A stretch of DNA of 64,000 bases, from contig OZ242041.1 in assembly GCA_965205215.1 (NCBI GenBank), positions 1,056,001 to 1,120,000 on the forward strand, given 5' to 3'. This DNA is from Nitrosopumilus sp. Its GTDB lineage: Archaea; Thermoproteota; Nitrososphaeria; Nitrososphaerales; Nitrosopumilaceae. The position numbers were made by a program, and so were the translations under genes. The notes under the pieces were generated by a model. It was not told the DNA's origin and did no database searches. It saw only the letters and a list, made by a program, of their open reading frames with translations. Below are positions 18,153 to 27,626 of this stretch, one piece after another (the stretch's first letter is position 1; each line of letters starts with the position of its first letter).

Positions 18153-19985
18153 ATGTCGCAATCATCCTTGCCGCCGGCTGGAGGCCGGCACAAGACGGGG
18201 CCGTGGAGCCTGGCAGAACTCGCGTCGGGGCCCCGCGACGTGCGGCTGTCACGCCAGGCGGAGCTCTTGCGCAAAAAGGCCGCGGCATTCGGAAAAAAGC
18301 GCAAGACGCTGTCGCCTGGGATGCCCGCCCGGAGCTTTGGCAGGGTCCTCCGCATGCTTGAGGACATAGTAGACCTGAGCAGCCGCACCGAGGGGTATGC
18401 GTCCCTGCTGCACGCGGCCGACACGCAGTCCGACGAGGCCACCTCGCTCCTGATGCGCATGTCAAAGCTCGACTCTGAGGTGTCAAACAGCATCCTGTTC
18501 TTCAGCCTGTGGTGGAAGCGCTGCGTCGACGACAGGAGCGCCGAGAGGCTCGCGTCCGGCTCGGGCGAGCTTGCCGACTACCTGCGTCACAAGAGGCGGC
18601 TTGCCAAGTACTCGCTAAGCGAGAAGGAGGAAAAGATCATCAACACGCTTGACGTGACCGGTGCCTCGGCGCTCGTAAACCTGTACGACAAGATAACCAA
18701 CGCGTACCAGTACAGGATGCGCGCGGGCAAGAGAACGCGCACCATGACCCGCGAGGAGATATCCAACTACGTGCGCAGCGCGAGCCCGCGGCTCCGCAGG
18801 GCCGCGTACGCCGAGCTGCTCTCAAAGTACGACTCTGAGAAGGGCGTCATAGGGCAGATATACCAGAACATCGTGCAGAACTGGGCCGACGAGACCGTGG
18901 GGATGAGGGGGTACAGGTCCGCAATATCGGCCCGCAACGTGGGAAACAACCTGGATGACCGCACGGTCGACTCGCTTCTTGCCTCGTGCCGGAAGAACGC
19001 GCCCCTGTTCCAGAAATTCTTCAGGACAAAGTCGCGGCTGCTCAAGGAGAGGCCGAAGAGGCTGCGGCGCTACGACCTCTATGCGCCTGCCGCGGCGGCC
19101 GGGAACAGGCGCAGGGGCGGCGCGGGGGAGAGGAGGTACTCGTACGACGCGGCCGTGCGCATGGTCCTTGACACGCTTGGCTCGTTTAGCCCCGCTCTCG
19201 GGGGGTTTGCAAGGAGCGTCATATCCGAGCGTCACGTGGACTCTGCCACGCGCCGCGGCAAGCGCGACGGGGCGTTCTGCAGCACGATATCGCCCGGCGT
19301 CACCCCGTACATACTGCTGAACTATACCGGGCGCATCCGGGACGTCTTCACGCTTGCCCACGAGATGGGGCACGCCGTGCACAGCATGGCGGCCGCCTCC
19401 CGCTCCATCCTGGTTCAGCACGCGCCCCTGCCGCTTGCGGAGACCGCGTCCACGTTCTCGGAACTTCTGCTGTATGACAGCATGGACAAGGGGCTGTCAG
19501 ACGGGGAGCGCCTCGGGATCCTGTCTGAGAAGATAGACGACATGTACGCGACCATAATGCGGCAGGCGTACTTTACGCTCTTTGAGGTAGAGGCGCACAG
19601 GATGATATCTGCAGACGGCGGGGCCACCATAGACGCGCTCTCGCAGGCATACCTGCGCAACCTGAGGGACCAGTTTGGCAGGTCCGTCGACGTGTCCGGG
19701 GACTTTGCTGTCGAGTGGAGCTGCATACCGCACTTTTACCACTCCCCGTTCTACTGCTATGCGTACTCGTTTGGCAACCTGCTGTCCCTCTCGCTCTTTC
19801 AGAGGTACAAGAGGGAGGGCGCCGACTTTGCGCCCTCGTATGTGGATATACTGGCGGCTGGCGGCTCGCAAAAGCCCGAGGATCTGCTGGCGTCACATGG
19901 GTTTGACATCACGTCCGAGTCGTTCTGGCAGGAGGGATTCGAGTACGTGTCCGAACAGGTCCGGTCGCTCGGCAAACTTGCCTGA
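18153..19985 (+). CDS. pepF: Oligoendopeptidase F (M3 family)
   Basis: 'GKRDGAFC', 'TLAHEMGHAVH' HExxH, 'AETASTFSE', 'HFYHSPFYCYAYSFG'. Confidence 0.93.
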   Translation: MSQSSLPPAGGRHKTGPWSLAELASGPRDVRLSRQAELLRKKAAAFGKKRKTLSPGMPARSFGRVLRMLEDIVDLSSRTEGYASLLHAADTQSDEATSLLMRMSKLDSEVSNSILFFSLWWKRCVDDRSAERLASGSGELADYLRHKRRLAKYSLSEKEEKIINTLDVTGASALVNLYDKITNAYQYRMRAGKRTRTMTREEISNYVRSASPRLRRAAYAELLSKYDSEKGVIGQIYQNIVQNWADETVGMRGYRSAISARNVGNNLDDRTVDSLLASCRKNAPLFQKFFRTKSRLLKERPKRLRRYDLYAPAAAAGNRRRGGAGERRYSYDAAVRMVLDTLGSFSPALGGFARSVISERHVDSATRRGKRDGAFCSTISPGVTPYILLNYTGRIRDVFTLAHEMGHAVHSMAAASRSILVQHAPLPLAETASTFSELLLYDSMDKGLSDGERLGILSEKIDDMYATIMRQAYFTLFEVEAHRMISADGGATIDALSQAYLRNLRDQFGRSVDVSGDFAVEWSCIPHFYHSPFYCYAYSFGNLLSLSLFQRYKREGADFAPSYVDILAAGGSQKPEDLLASHGFDITSESFWQEGFEYVSEQVRSLGKLA

Positions 19986-20212
19986 TTGCGGACGTGCCGG
20001 TATGATGATGATGGTGATGATGATGGTTGTGATGGCTGTGACGGCGGCGCAACTGTTGCTGCTGCTGCCTGTGTAATGATAAAGGGGCCGGCAGTCCAAC
20101 GCACGAACTGCCGGCCTGTTCCCCGAACGGTTTGAGTTCGATGTCGCCGTGCGTGCGGCGGGGTGCGATTTAAACCTTAAACTTTATACTTCTTGCACGG
20201 GACGCGCAGCGC

Positions 20213-21466
20213 ATGATGGTGACGGCGGCGGCAGCGGCAATGTGCGCGGCGGCAGCCGTCACGGCCTGCCTTGTCGCGTTGCCGTACGCGTCTCCTGCCC
20301 CCGCGTACTCGCAGGGCGAGGTGGGGCTTGCAACGTTCCATGAGGGCGCCACCGTGCTCGTGGACAGGACGGGCTCGCACAACGTCTCCGCATCCGTCAC
20401 GCTGCAGAGCACCAGCATACTTGAGATGCGGGTTCCGCAGCCCCTTGAGAAGCAGCTGAGGGACGACGCGCTGATTACGGCCGTCGTCGTGACAAACCAG
20501 GGGCGTTGCGTCCTGGGCGTGGGCGACGACGAATCGTGCATACTGGTAAACATGGAGCGCGATCCCGAGGCGGCCGGAATCATATCATTGCAAGATTCCT
20601 CGCGCGAGAGGGCCGACGCGTACATCGGGGCGATAAACGAGGCGCTCGACACCGACGCCTCGTACCATTCTGTGTTCGTGCACTCGGGCGGCGACAGTTC
20701 CGGCGCGTCGGCTGGGCTGCCCGGCATTGCCTCGGGCAGGGCCACCGTGTCGGTGGTGTACGTGATGCCTATGGCGGACACCGACTGGATGTACCAAAAG
20801 ATGTCCTCAATACTACTTCCGGGGCAGATAAGGGAGTCCGGCGGGTTCTACGACGCGGCAGGGACCCTTGCGTCCCAGGGCAACGCAAAGATGCTATTTG
20901 CGATAATCCCGTCTGACTCCGGCTCGCTTTTGCAGCTAAAGGTGGCGTCTGCCAGGCCCATAAACGCGTCGGCAGCAGACGTCATCAGGCCGCTTGAGAT
21001 GATGGGGCTTGAGACGCTAGAGCGCTCCGAATACTTTTCGTCCGGGTTCTACCCTCTCAACTCGGTAGTCCAGGTGGCCATCTCCTCTGCAGACGCGGAA
21101 GTCTCCGTACGCGGCTCGGCGCAGGCAGAGCTTCCCACCCGGGTCGTGGACGGGGAGAAGATACCGACTGACGTGACGGGGGAAGGCTGGATATTTGACC
21201 CGGACCGCGGCAAGCTGATACATGCAAAGTACATCTTCGGGCAGCATAAGACTGCGCTCGAGCCGGGGGACCTTGAGATTGTGCTGGCCGCCGGCGGTAG
21301 CGGCGGCGGCGACACTGCCGACGGCATAGGCGGCGTGGATATTCCAGGTACTCAGACCGACGAGCAGCTGATGGTCGTGATTGCGGTGGTCGCGATTGCG
21401 GCCGCCGTCGCCATATTCTACCTGCGCGGCTATGGCGGGGCAAGGCGCAGGCAGCCTGTGTCGTAG
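20213..21466 (+). CDS. Secreted protein with C-terminal TM anchor
   Basis: Signal peptide; C-terminal hydrophobic helix followed by 'YLRGY' and a basic tail. Confidence 0.8.
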   Translation: MMVTAAAAAMCAAAAVTACLVALPYASPAPAYSQGEVGLATFHEGATVLVDRTGSHNVSASVTLQSTSILEMRVPQPLEKQLRDDALITAVVVTNQGRCVLGVGDDESCILVNMERDPEAAGIISLQDSSRERADAYIGAINEALDTDASYHSVFVHSGGDSSGASAGLPGIASGRATVSVVYVMPMADTDWMYQKMSSILLPGQIRESGGFYDAAGTLASQGNAKMLFAIIPSDSGSLLQLKVASARPINASAADVIRPLEMMGLETLERSEYFSSGFYPLNSVVQVAISSADAEVSVRGSAQAELPTRVVDGEKIPTDVTGEGWIFDPDRGKLIHAKYIFGQHKTALEPGDLEIVLAAGGSGGGDTADGIGGVDIPGTQTDEQLMVVIAVVAIAAAVAIFYLRGYGGARRRQPVS

Positions 21467-21553
21467 CCTCTGAGCCGCCGGCAGCCATCCGCGGCGCCCT
21501 TTTTCATCTACCCGCTTGCCCACCCTTGTCGCGCCGTGCGGGTCGGGGGTGCG

Positions 21554-22105
21554 TCACAGCAGCAGTACGGCCGCTGCAAACACAGTGGTCCACTTGCCGT
21601 CCCTGTCGCCCCGCGCGGCCTGCGTGATGTTGTGCGTGTTGTATATCTGCCCCGATATCGACCACTGCTGCCTCTTCTCGTCCCAGTTCTTGTCCACGTC
21701 AAAGGGTATTCCAAGCGACGACGCAAGCATCTGGGCCGCTATGTCCTCCGCATAGTCCCCCGCCTGCTCCTCGTTTTGCCCAAACGAGTCGTACTCTGAG
21801 AGGTATCCGTACCGGCCGGTGTCCTTTGGCCTTGCAAGTCCGACGGACGCGGCGCACATGCGGTGCGGCTCGTTTGTCTGGTTCTTCGAGTATATCGTAA
21901 ACAGTATCTGCCCGGGCTTGATCTGCTTGAGCCCCTCCCTCCTTGATACCATCTTGGCGCCCGGCGGGAATATGCTTGATATCAAAACAATGTTGGTCCC
22001 GGCAATTCCGGCGTCCCTGAGCGCGTACTCAAAGCTCGTGAGCCTGTCCTCGTGCACTCCCTTGCCCTTTGTCATAAAGAGTTTCTTCGCGACCAGATCC
22101 AGCAT
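21554..22105 (-). CDS. pdaD: Pyruvoyl-dependent arginine decarboxylase
   Basis: 'SFEYALRDAGI...NIVLISSIFPP' (Ser-Ser cleavage site), 'YGYLSE'. Confidence 0.92.
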   Translation of the reverse strand: MLDLVAKKLFMTKGKGVHEDRLTSFEYALRDAGIAGTNIVLISSIFPPGAKMVSRREGLKQIKPGQILFTIYSKNQTNEPHRMCAASVGLARPKDTGRYGYLSEYDSFGQNEEQAGDYAEDIAAQMLASSLGIPFDVDKNWDEKRQQWSISGQIYNTHNITQAARGDRDGKWTTVFAAAVLLL

Positions 22106-22215
22106 GTCACGCCCTTTGGGAATTGTTATTTAAAATTTGGCCGCACACGGCAGCACCCGCGCCGGTGACCCAAACCCCTCACGACTGCTGGGCAGTCCAG
22201 TGTACTAACCGCAGC

Positions 22216-22473
22216 CTATTTTCTGCCGCCTGATTCGTCCCTGTCGTTTTCCCGCCTTTTCTTGCGCTTGCGCTTGTCCGGCGACCTCTCCTCCTGCGTC
22301 AGAAACACGTATGTGAAAAACGCGCCCAGGCCGATGTTGACTACTGCCATGAACGTGATTATCATCGTCACCGCCGGCGGCGCGACCCCGAGCCCTATTG
22401 CAATTCCCATCGTGCCTGTTCCAAAGAAGAGCATCGCAAGAATCTTGGCCTTGACAGGTGAGATGTAGCGCAT
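22216..22473 (-). CDS. Small membrane protein
   Basis: Two TM helices and a basic tail; TTTATAA upstream. Confidence 0.75.
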   Translation of the reverse strand: MRYISPVKAKILAMLFFGTGTMGIAIGLGVAPPAVTMIITFMAVVNIGLGAFFTYVFLTQEERSPDKRKRKKRRENDRDESGGRK

Positions 22474-22764
22474 GAGCAAGGTGCCTCCTGCATGATTATA
22501 AAGCAAGTGCTTTGCCGTCGGCACCATCGCTGCTACTGCCGCGATTACCGCCGTCGCGCGCATGCAGCCACCACGTGGCGGCCGAGAATGGAAACGCAGC
22601 TTGCTCGGTTATTGGGGGGCGGGGCGGGGCGCCGACTATCCGTGCCTACGCCCGCCGGCTGTCCGCACCCCTGCGTCCGGCGGCGCGTTTTGCGCACCCC
22701 TGCACCGCTGATGCCCGCGGCGATTCGCAACATTTTAAATTTAAACGCCGCCGCCGCATGCCGT

Positions 22765-22839
22765 GCCAATGTAGCTCAGCCTGGTTAGAGCATTCGCCTT
22801 GTAAGCGAAAGGTCGTGGGTTCGGATCCCATCATTGGCT
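22765..22839 (+). tRNA. tRNA-Thr (TGT), intronless, CCA not encoded
   Basis: Acceptor GCCAATG/CATTGGC, D arm GCTC/GAGC, anticodon arm TTCGC-CTTGTAA-GCGAA, T arm GTGGG-TTCGGAT-CCCAT; TTTAAA upstream, T-run downstream. Confidence 0.97.
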
Positions 22840-23046
22840 TTTGTAAAAAACGACTCGCCCGCGGCGCTGCGCAGCGCCGTGATCCGGCCCAGCCTGCCAC
22901 CGTCTGCGCCGCGCCCGCAGCGTCTGCCCGCTCTCGTGCAGCGCCACGATCTACCGCGCGTGACCGTCTGGTGCGTGCAACCGAACTTGTACCAGATAAA
23001 AAACTTCTCGGTACACCTTATATGGTCTGAACCGCTACTACATGCA

Positions 23047-24006
23047 ATGAAGACAAAGACGACAATACTGGTCCTCTTTGCTGCGCTCTCTGCATCGTTG
23101 GTGTTCGCGTCGGCCGCCCCCGCGTATGCGGAGGTCCCGTCGTGGATCAAGAACAACGCCGCATGGTGGGCCGAGGGGCAGATATCGGAGGCCGAGTTTC
23201 TTGCAGGAATCGCGTACCTGATATCGTCGGGAACCATAACCGTGCCCGCCGACCCTGCGCCCGGCGGAGGCCCGGCCGGCGCGCAGGAGGGCGGCGTCCC
23301 CGAATGGGTCAAGAACAACGCCGCGTGGTGGGCCGACGATCTGATCTCCGACGACGACTTCCTGAACGGGATACAGTATCTGGTAAGGGCCGGACTGATC
23401 GCCGTGTCTGTCCCCGCGGAATCCGGGGGCGCCGAGGAGACTGGCGCCGCAGACCCTGCGTCTTCGGAGACGGAAGGCGACTCCGCACTGGCCGAGCTCG
23501 AGGCTCAGCTTGCAGAATGCGCCAAGATAACAAAGGCGTACAAGAGGATCGACTGCGAAAAGCCCGTCAAGCAGGCCATCCTGCTGCACGACTATAGGAC
23601 TAACGCGGAGCTGTTCCCCGTGGGCCCGATAAACTACTACTGGTTCGGAATGGGAAGCGAGGGGAGCAGCTTTGAGATAAGCCCGTCGGGCCAGGCCCTG
23701 CTCTCCCTACGTATGCTCGCAGAGAACACGAGCGACGATATAGAGTCGCTTGACTGCACGAGTCCGTCCCTGTGCAACTACGACGTCTGGGACGGCTCCA
23801 CCGCGTTCAGGTACGCAGGCACCGACTTTACGAGCGGGCAGATAGTGCTGAACCCCGGGGACGCAAGGGAGTTTAACATACTGTTCGGCCCCAACGTTGG
23901 GTACGGCGGCTCGCAGTTCCTGTACGACGAGTCAAAAGAGTACCACTTCCGGATAAACGAGTCGTTTGGAAGCACGATGGTGCCGCTTGGACTTGGCCAA
24001 GACTGA
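23047..24006 (+). CDS. Secreted protein with two N-terminal 'VPxWIKNNAAWWA' domains
   Basis: Signal peptide 'PAYAE'; repeats of the thaumarchaeal domain; C-terminal beta domain. Confidence 0.85.
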   Translation: MKTKTTILVLFAALSASLVFASAAPAYAEVPSWIKNNAAWWAEGQISEAEFLAGIAYLISSGTITVPADPAPGGGPAGAQEGGVPEWVKNNAAWWADDLISDDDFLNGIQYLVRAGLIAVSVPAESGGAEETGAADPASSETEGDSALAELEAQLAECAKITKAYKRIDCEKPVKQAILLHDYRTNAELFPVGPINYYWFGMGSEGSSFEISPSGQALLSLRMLAENTSDDIESLDCTSPSLCNYDVWDGSTAFRYAGTDFTSGQIVLNPGDAREFNILFGPNVGYGGSQFLYDESKEYHFRINESFGSTMVPLGLGQD

Positions 24007-24036
24007 GCCCGGATCGGCGCGGCGTGAGAGCCGGTT

Positions 24037-24333
24037 CTAGCCGGCCGTCCCGCGGAGCTGGCGCTCTGCGCTCTTTTTTACTCCCCTCTTCTTTTTTATG
24101 AGACTGTACATGATCATCCCGACGTTGATTATCGAGACTATCTCGATCAGGTCGACCCCGTACAGCAGCCAGTCAAGCACGGGGTGGACCCTTGAGACGT
24201 ATCCGGCCTCAAGCATCATGTCCGCGTTCCACACCATGTGGGGAATCTGGATGAACTGTATTACCGCGATTATTATCACGCTTCCCAGTATCTTGTCCTC
24301 GTACCAGTTCCAGAATTTATTCCATGCATTCAT
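24037..24333 (-). CDS. Small membrane protein
   Basis: 98 aa, two hydrophobic segments, His/Asp/Glu within them. Confidence 0.8.
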   Translation of the reverse strand: MNAWNKFWNWYEDKILGSVIIIAVIQFIQIPHMVWNADMMLEAGYVSRVHPVLDWLLYGVDLIEIVSIINVGMIMYSLIKKKRGVKKSAERQLRGTAG

Positions 24334-24371
24334 GGAAATACTTGGCTGTACCGCATAATAAGCAGATTGAA

Positions 24372-24432
24372 AATTAGACTAGTCTAATTAGGATGCGCTA
24401 ATTAGGATGCGCTAATTAGGATGCGCTAATTA
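24372..24432. promoter_or_regulatory. Array of four TTAG-N6-CTAA boxes (18-bp palindrome plus 14-bp tandem repeat x3.5); DtxR/MntR-like operator candidate
   Basis: AATTAGACTAGTCTAATT (24372-24389) then (CTAATTAGGATGCG)3 CTAATTA. Confidence 0.6.
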
Positions 24433-24629
24433 AAAATATTAATTATTTGACACATTTACTTTTCCGGCAAGAAAAAATTAAACTGTCCTGCAAACCCGGC
24501 GCCCTGCAAACCCGGCGCCGCTGCGGCGCGCGTCTGTAGCCGTCGCGCAGTTGTTTTTCCGCCAGGTAAGAACGCAGCTATGCTCGGCTGCCGCCGCTTC
24601 GCATGCTGCTCCGCCAAATGCGCCGGGCG

Positions 24630-26093
24630 CTAGCTTCTGGCGTCTGCCCCTATCCTCTCCCGCTTGACCCACACAGTCTTGTCCCCGCGATCAAAGAGCT
24701 CCACGCGCCGCGCCCTGAGTCTGTCCCTTGCCGCGTCGGCCTCCTCGTATCGGCCCTGCCTTCTCAGGCCGTTGCGCGCCTCCACCTCGGAGTCGATTGC
24801 CGCGGCCTCGGCAGGATCCATGTCAGGCACCCTCAGGCCAAGAATCCGGGACATCCTTGAGAGCTCCGCCCACGCGCCGGCCGCCCACCCCGGGTCCAGC
24901 GCGCTGCCCGCGGCCAGGGCGTTTGCGTCGGACACCACGTCCATCACCGCCGACACTGCCAGGTGCGTGTTGAGGTCGTCGTCTAGCGCGGCATCAAACC
25001 TGCCTCCCGCATCGGCCAGCCTGCCTGCGGCGCCGGCATCTCCGGGGCCGTCCCCGCCTTTGCCGCCCGCATCCCCCGCCGCGTGCATCAGCTCGTAGTG
25101 GCACGCCTCTATCTGGCGCCACCTTGCAAGGCTCTCGCGGAGGTTTTCATCCGAATAGTCCACCGGCTTTGAGTAGTGGCCCGACAGGCAGAACAGCCTG
25201 ATCACGTTTGGTCCCCAGTCCTCCAGCGCGCGCCTCACCGACCTGATGTTGCCAAGCGACTTTGACATCTTCTCGCCGCCGATCGTCACCATTCCCACGT
25301 GCATCCATATCCTGGCAAACATGCTGCCCGTCCGGGTCTCGGACTGGGCTATCTCGTTCTCGTGGTGGGGGAATATCAGGTCGCGCCCCCCACCGTGTAT
25401 GTCTATGCAGTCGCCCAGGTATTTCGTACTCATCGCGGAGCACTCTATGTGCCAGCCGGGGCGCCCTGCCCCCCACGGGCTGTCCCACGACGGGTGCCCG
25501 GAATCGAACTTCCACAGGGCAAAGTCGAGCGGATCACGCTTTGCCTCGTCTACCTCGATGCGGGCGCCGGACCTCAGCTGGTCAGTTTTTTTCCCAGAAA
25601 GCTTGCCGTACTGCGAAAACTCCGACACTGCAAAGTAGACGCCGTTTTTTGCCACGTATGCCGCGCCCCTTCCGATAAGTTCCGCGATGAACCCTATGAT
25701 GTCCGGGATGTGCTCCGTGGCCCTCGGGTACGAGTCGGCCTTGAGCACGTTTAGCCTCTCAAACTCCTCGTGGTATCTCTTGATGTACCTCTCGCTAAGC
25801 TCCGAGGCCTGTATCCCCTCGTCTCGCGCCCGCGCTATTATCTTGTCATCGACGTCCGTAAAGTTCTGCACCATCGTGGCCCGTATCCCCCTGCCCTCGA
25901 GGTGGCGCCTCAGGACGTCGAACGTTATGATGGTCCTCGCGTGGCCTATGTGCGCGTCGTCGTATACCGTCACGCCGCACAGGTATATCGACACGGCATT
26001 GGCGCCCTGTCCTGACGGGCTTGACCTCTTCCCGGAGAGCGTGTCGTGTATCGTGATGCCGCCTGCGCCACTGTTGCCGCCGTCTGCCGCCAT
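24630..26093 (-). CDS. cysS: Cysteine--tRNA ligase
   Basis: 'CGVTVYD..HIGHAR', 'GRPGWHIECSAM', KMSKS. Confidence 0.97.
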   Translation of the reverse strand: MAADGGNSGAGGITIHDTLSGKRSSPSGQGANAVSIYLCGVTVYDDAHIGHARTIITFDVLRRHLEGRGIRATMVQNFTDVDDKIIARARDEGIQASELSERYIKRYHEEFERLNVLKADSYPRATEHIPDIIGFIAELIGRGAAYVAKNGVYFAVSEFSQYGKLSGKKTDQLRSGARIEVDEAKRDPLDFALWKFDSGHPSWDSPWGAGRPGWHIECSAMSTKYLGDCIDIHGGGRDLIFPHHENEIAQSETRTGSMFARIWMHVGMVTIGGEKMSKSLGNIRSVRRALEDWGPNVIRLFCLSGHYSKPVDYSDENLRESLARWRQIEACHYELMHAAGDAGGKGGDGPGDAGAAGRLADAGGRFDAALDDDLNTHLAVSAVMDVVSDANALAAGSALDPGWAAGAWAELSRMSRILGLRVPDMDPAEAAAIDSEVEARNGLRRQGRYEEADAARDRLRARRVELFDRGDKTVWVKRERIGADARS

Positions 26094-26113
26094 GTCTCTG
26101 CTCCCCCCCTATG

Positions 26114-26926
26114 TTACCTGACGTCGTACGCCTGCCCGAGATCCTCCCTGGCCGGCGGCCCCCTCTTGTGTCCACTTGAGCGGTTCATCTCCAGAATGTC
26201 ACGCGCCCTTGCAACGTCGACCCGGGCCGCCTCCGCGGCCGCCTCTACGGGCATCCCCTTCTCGATGGCGCACCACAGCACGGAGTCGATCTCCTCGTAT
26301 GTGGCGCCGATCTCAGATTCCGCCTCGTCCCCCTTTCGCAGGAACGGACTGCTCTTCTTCCGTATTATGGTGTCCGGCACGCCCAGGTGTTCTGCCAGTT
26401 TCCTCACCTGCAGCTTGTAAAGCGAGACTATCGGGGCCACGTCTGACGCGCCGTCGCCGTACTTGGTAAAGTATCCGATCAGGTGCTCGCTCCTGTCGCT
26501 TGAGCCCAGGACGAGCAGGTTCTTTGCGTTCGCGTAATAGTACAGTATGTTTGCCCTGACCCTTGCGGCGAGGTTGGCCCTAGCGTCCCCGTTGGGCTCC
26601 AGGTACATGCTGTACTCGCGCAGTATGGGGGCGATGTCCACGAGCTTGTGCTGCATGCCCAGTATCGATATTATCCTCTGGGCGTCGGCCGTCTCCGACT
26701 CGGGGGTTACCGTCGTGTCCGGCATCATTATCGCGAGGGTCTTCTCAAGTAGCCCGTCTGCCCTGCACAGGTACGCCAGCACCGCCGAGTCGATCCCCCC
26801 GCTGAGGCCCAGCACGAGCCCGTCTGCGCGCGCCTCTGCAATCCGTTGCCGGATGTAGCCGCGTATGCGGCCCGCTATGCGGCCATAGTCCTGCTCCGTG
26901 ATCTCCGATGTGATATCCGCGCCCAA
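26114..26926 (-). CDS. nadE: NH3-dependent NAD+ synthetase
   Basis: 'LGLSGGIDSA', 'GYFTKYGDGASD'. Confidence 0.96.
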   Translation of the reverse strand: MGADITSEITEQDYGRIAGRIRGYIRQRIAEARADGLVLGLSGGIDSAVLAYLCRADGLLEKTLAIMMPDTTVTPESETADAQRIISILGMQHKLVDIAPILREYSMYLEPNGDARANLAARVRANILYYYANAKNLLVLGSSDRSEHLIGYFTKYGDGASDVAPIVSLYKLQVRKLAEHLGVPDTIIRKKSSPFLRKGDEAESEIGATYEEIDSVLWCAIEKGMPVEAAAEAARVDVARARDILEMNRSSGHKRGPPAREDLGQAYDVR

Positions 26927-27031
26927 CGTGACACCGGGCGCCCCGTATCAGAATAAAGGTTATGTTGCTGTAGCTGTCGCTGTCGCCGCCGCACCGGGGG
27001 ACGCCGGCATTTATCACTCGGGCCGCGCGCA

Positions 27032-27334
27032 CTACACGTCGACGTATATGCCGTCATCCCTTACGTCCACCGCATACGTCTGCAGCTTTACGTCCTTCAT
27101 GTAATCCTTGAGCTCGCCGGTCCTGATGTTGTAGTGCCAAAAATGCAGGGGGCACTCTACGATGTCTCCCTCAAGCTTGCCCGGCGCGATAGATCCGTCC
27201 TGATGCACGCACAAGTCGTCCATGGCGTGGTATCCGTCCTGGTTGAAGAGCGCAATCTGCTTGCCGTCCACCTCAAAGGACCTGCCCTTGCCCGGCTGCA
27301 CGTCTCCCTTCTGGGCGATCTTCCTCCATGCCAT
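27032..27334 (-). CDS. Rieske [2Fe-2S] ferredoxin
   Basis: CxH ('CVH') and CxxH ('CPLH') motifs. Confidence 0.93.
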   Translation of the reverse strand: MAWRKIAQKGDVQPGKGRSFEVDGKQIALFNQDGYHAMDDLCVHQDGSIAPGKLEGDIVECPLHFWHYNIRTGELKDYMKDVKLQTYAVDVRDDGIYVDV

Positions 27335-27362
27335 GAGTGTGCGCGTGCAGGGCGCGTATTTA

Positions 27363-27569
27363 GACTGTTTGGCCCGGGCCGGAAGCTGTGAACCGGCAGG
27401 CGCAAATGAGGGGCCTGTGATCGGCGCACACCCGCGTCAGAACGTCACGATTGGCATAGAGGAGTAGGAGAATCTGAAGCCCGGCGAAAAAACCCCGGTA
27501 CTGCGCGGCCGCCGTACCGGCGCTTCTCGAGGGATCTCCTGCCGCCCGGCAGTTTCACCGGACCCAGTC
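27363..27569. ncRNA. Candidate structured non-coding RNA
   Basis: End-to-end pairing GGGCCGGAAGCTG / CAGTTTCACCGGACCC plus nested helices; no family recognised. Confidence 0.3.
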
Positions 27570-27626
27570 GGAGTGACGGCCGCGGCGCCGTATAGGATTT
27601 TATAGCATGTGTCGGCGGGGCCAGCA

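Noticed and set aside
20002-20070. (GAT)n/(GCT)n run that reads as poly-His on the minus strand
   Set aside because: No nearby start codon found in that frame and it runs antisense into pepF; treated as an intergenic microsatellite
22765-24006. tRNA-Thr as an integration site
   Set aside because: No duplicated tRNA 3' end or integrase seen; the downstream gene is a typical lineage gene
24384-24432. Possible CRISPR array
   Set aside because: 14-bp units abut with no spacers; no cas genes in the window
27440-27600. SAH or SAM riboswitch upstream of ahcY
   Set aside because: Consensus elements not found, and a TATA box at 27597-27604 implies a leaderless ahcY transcript
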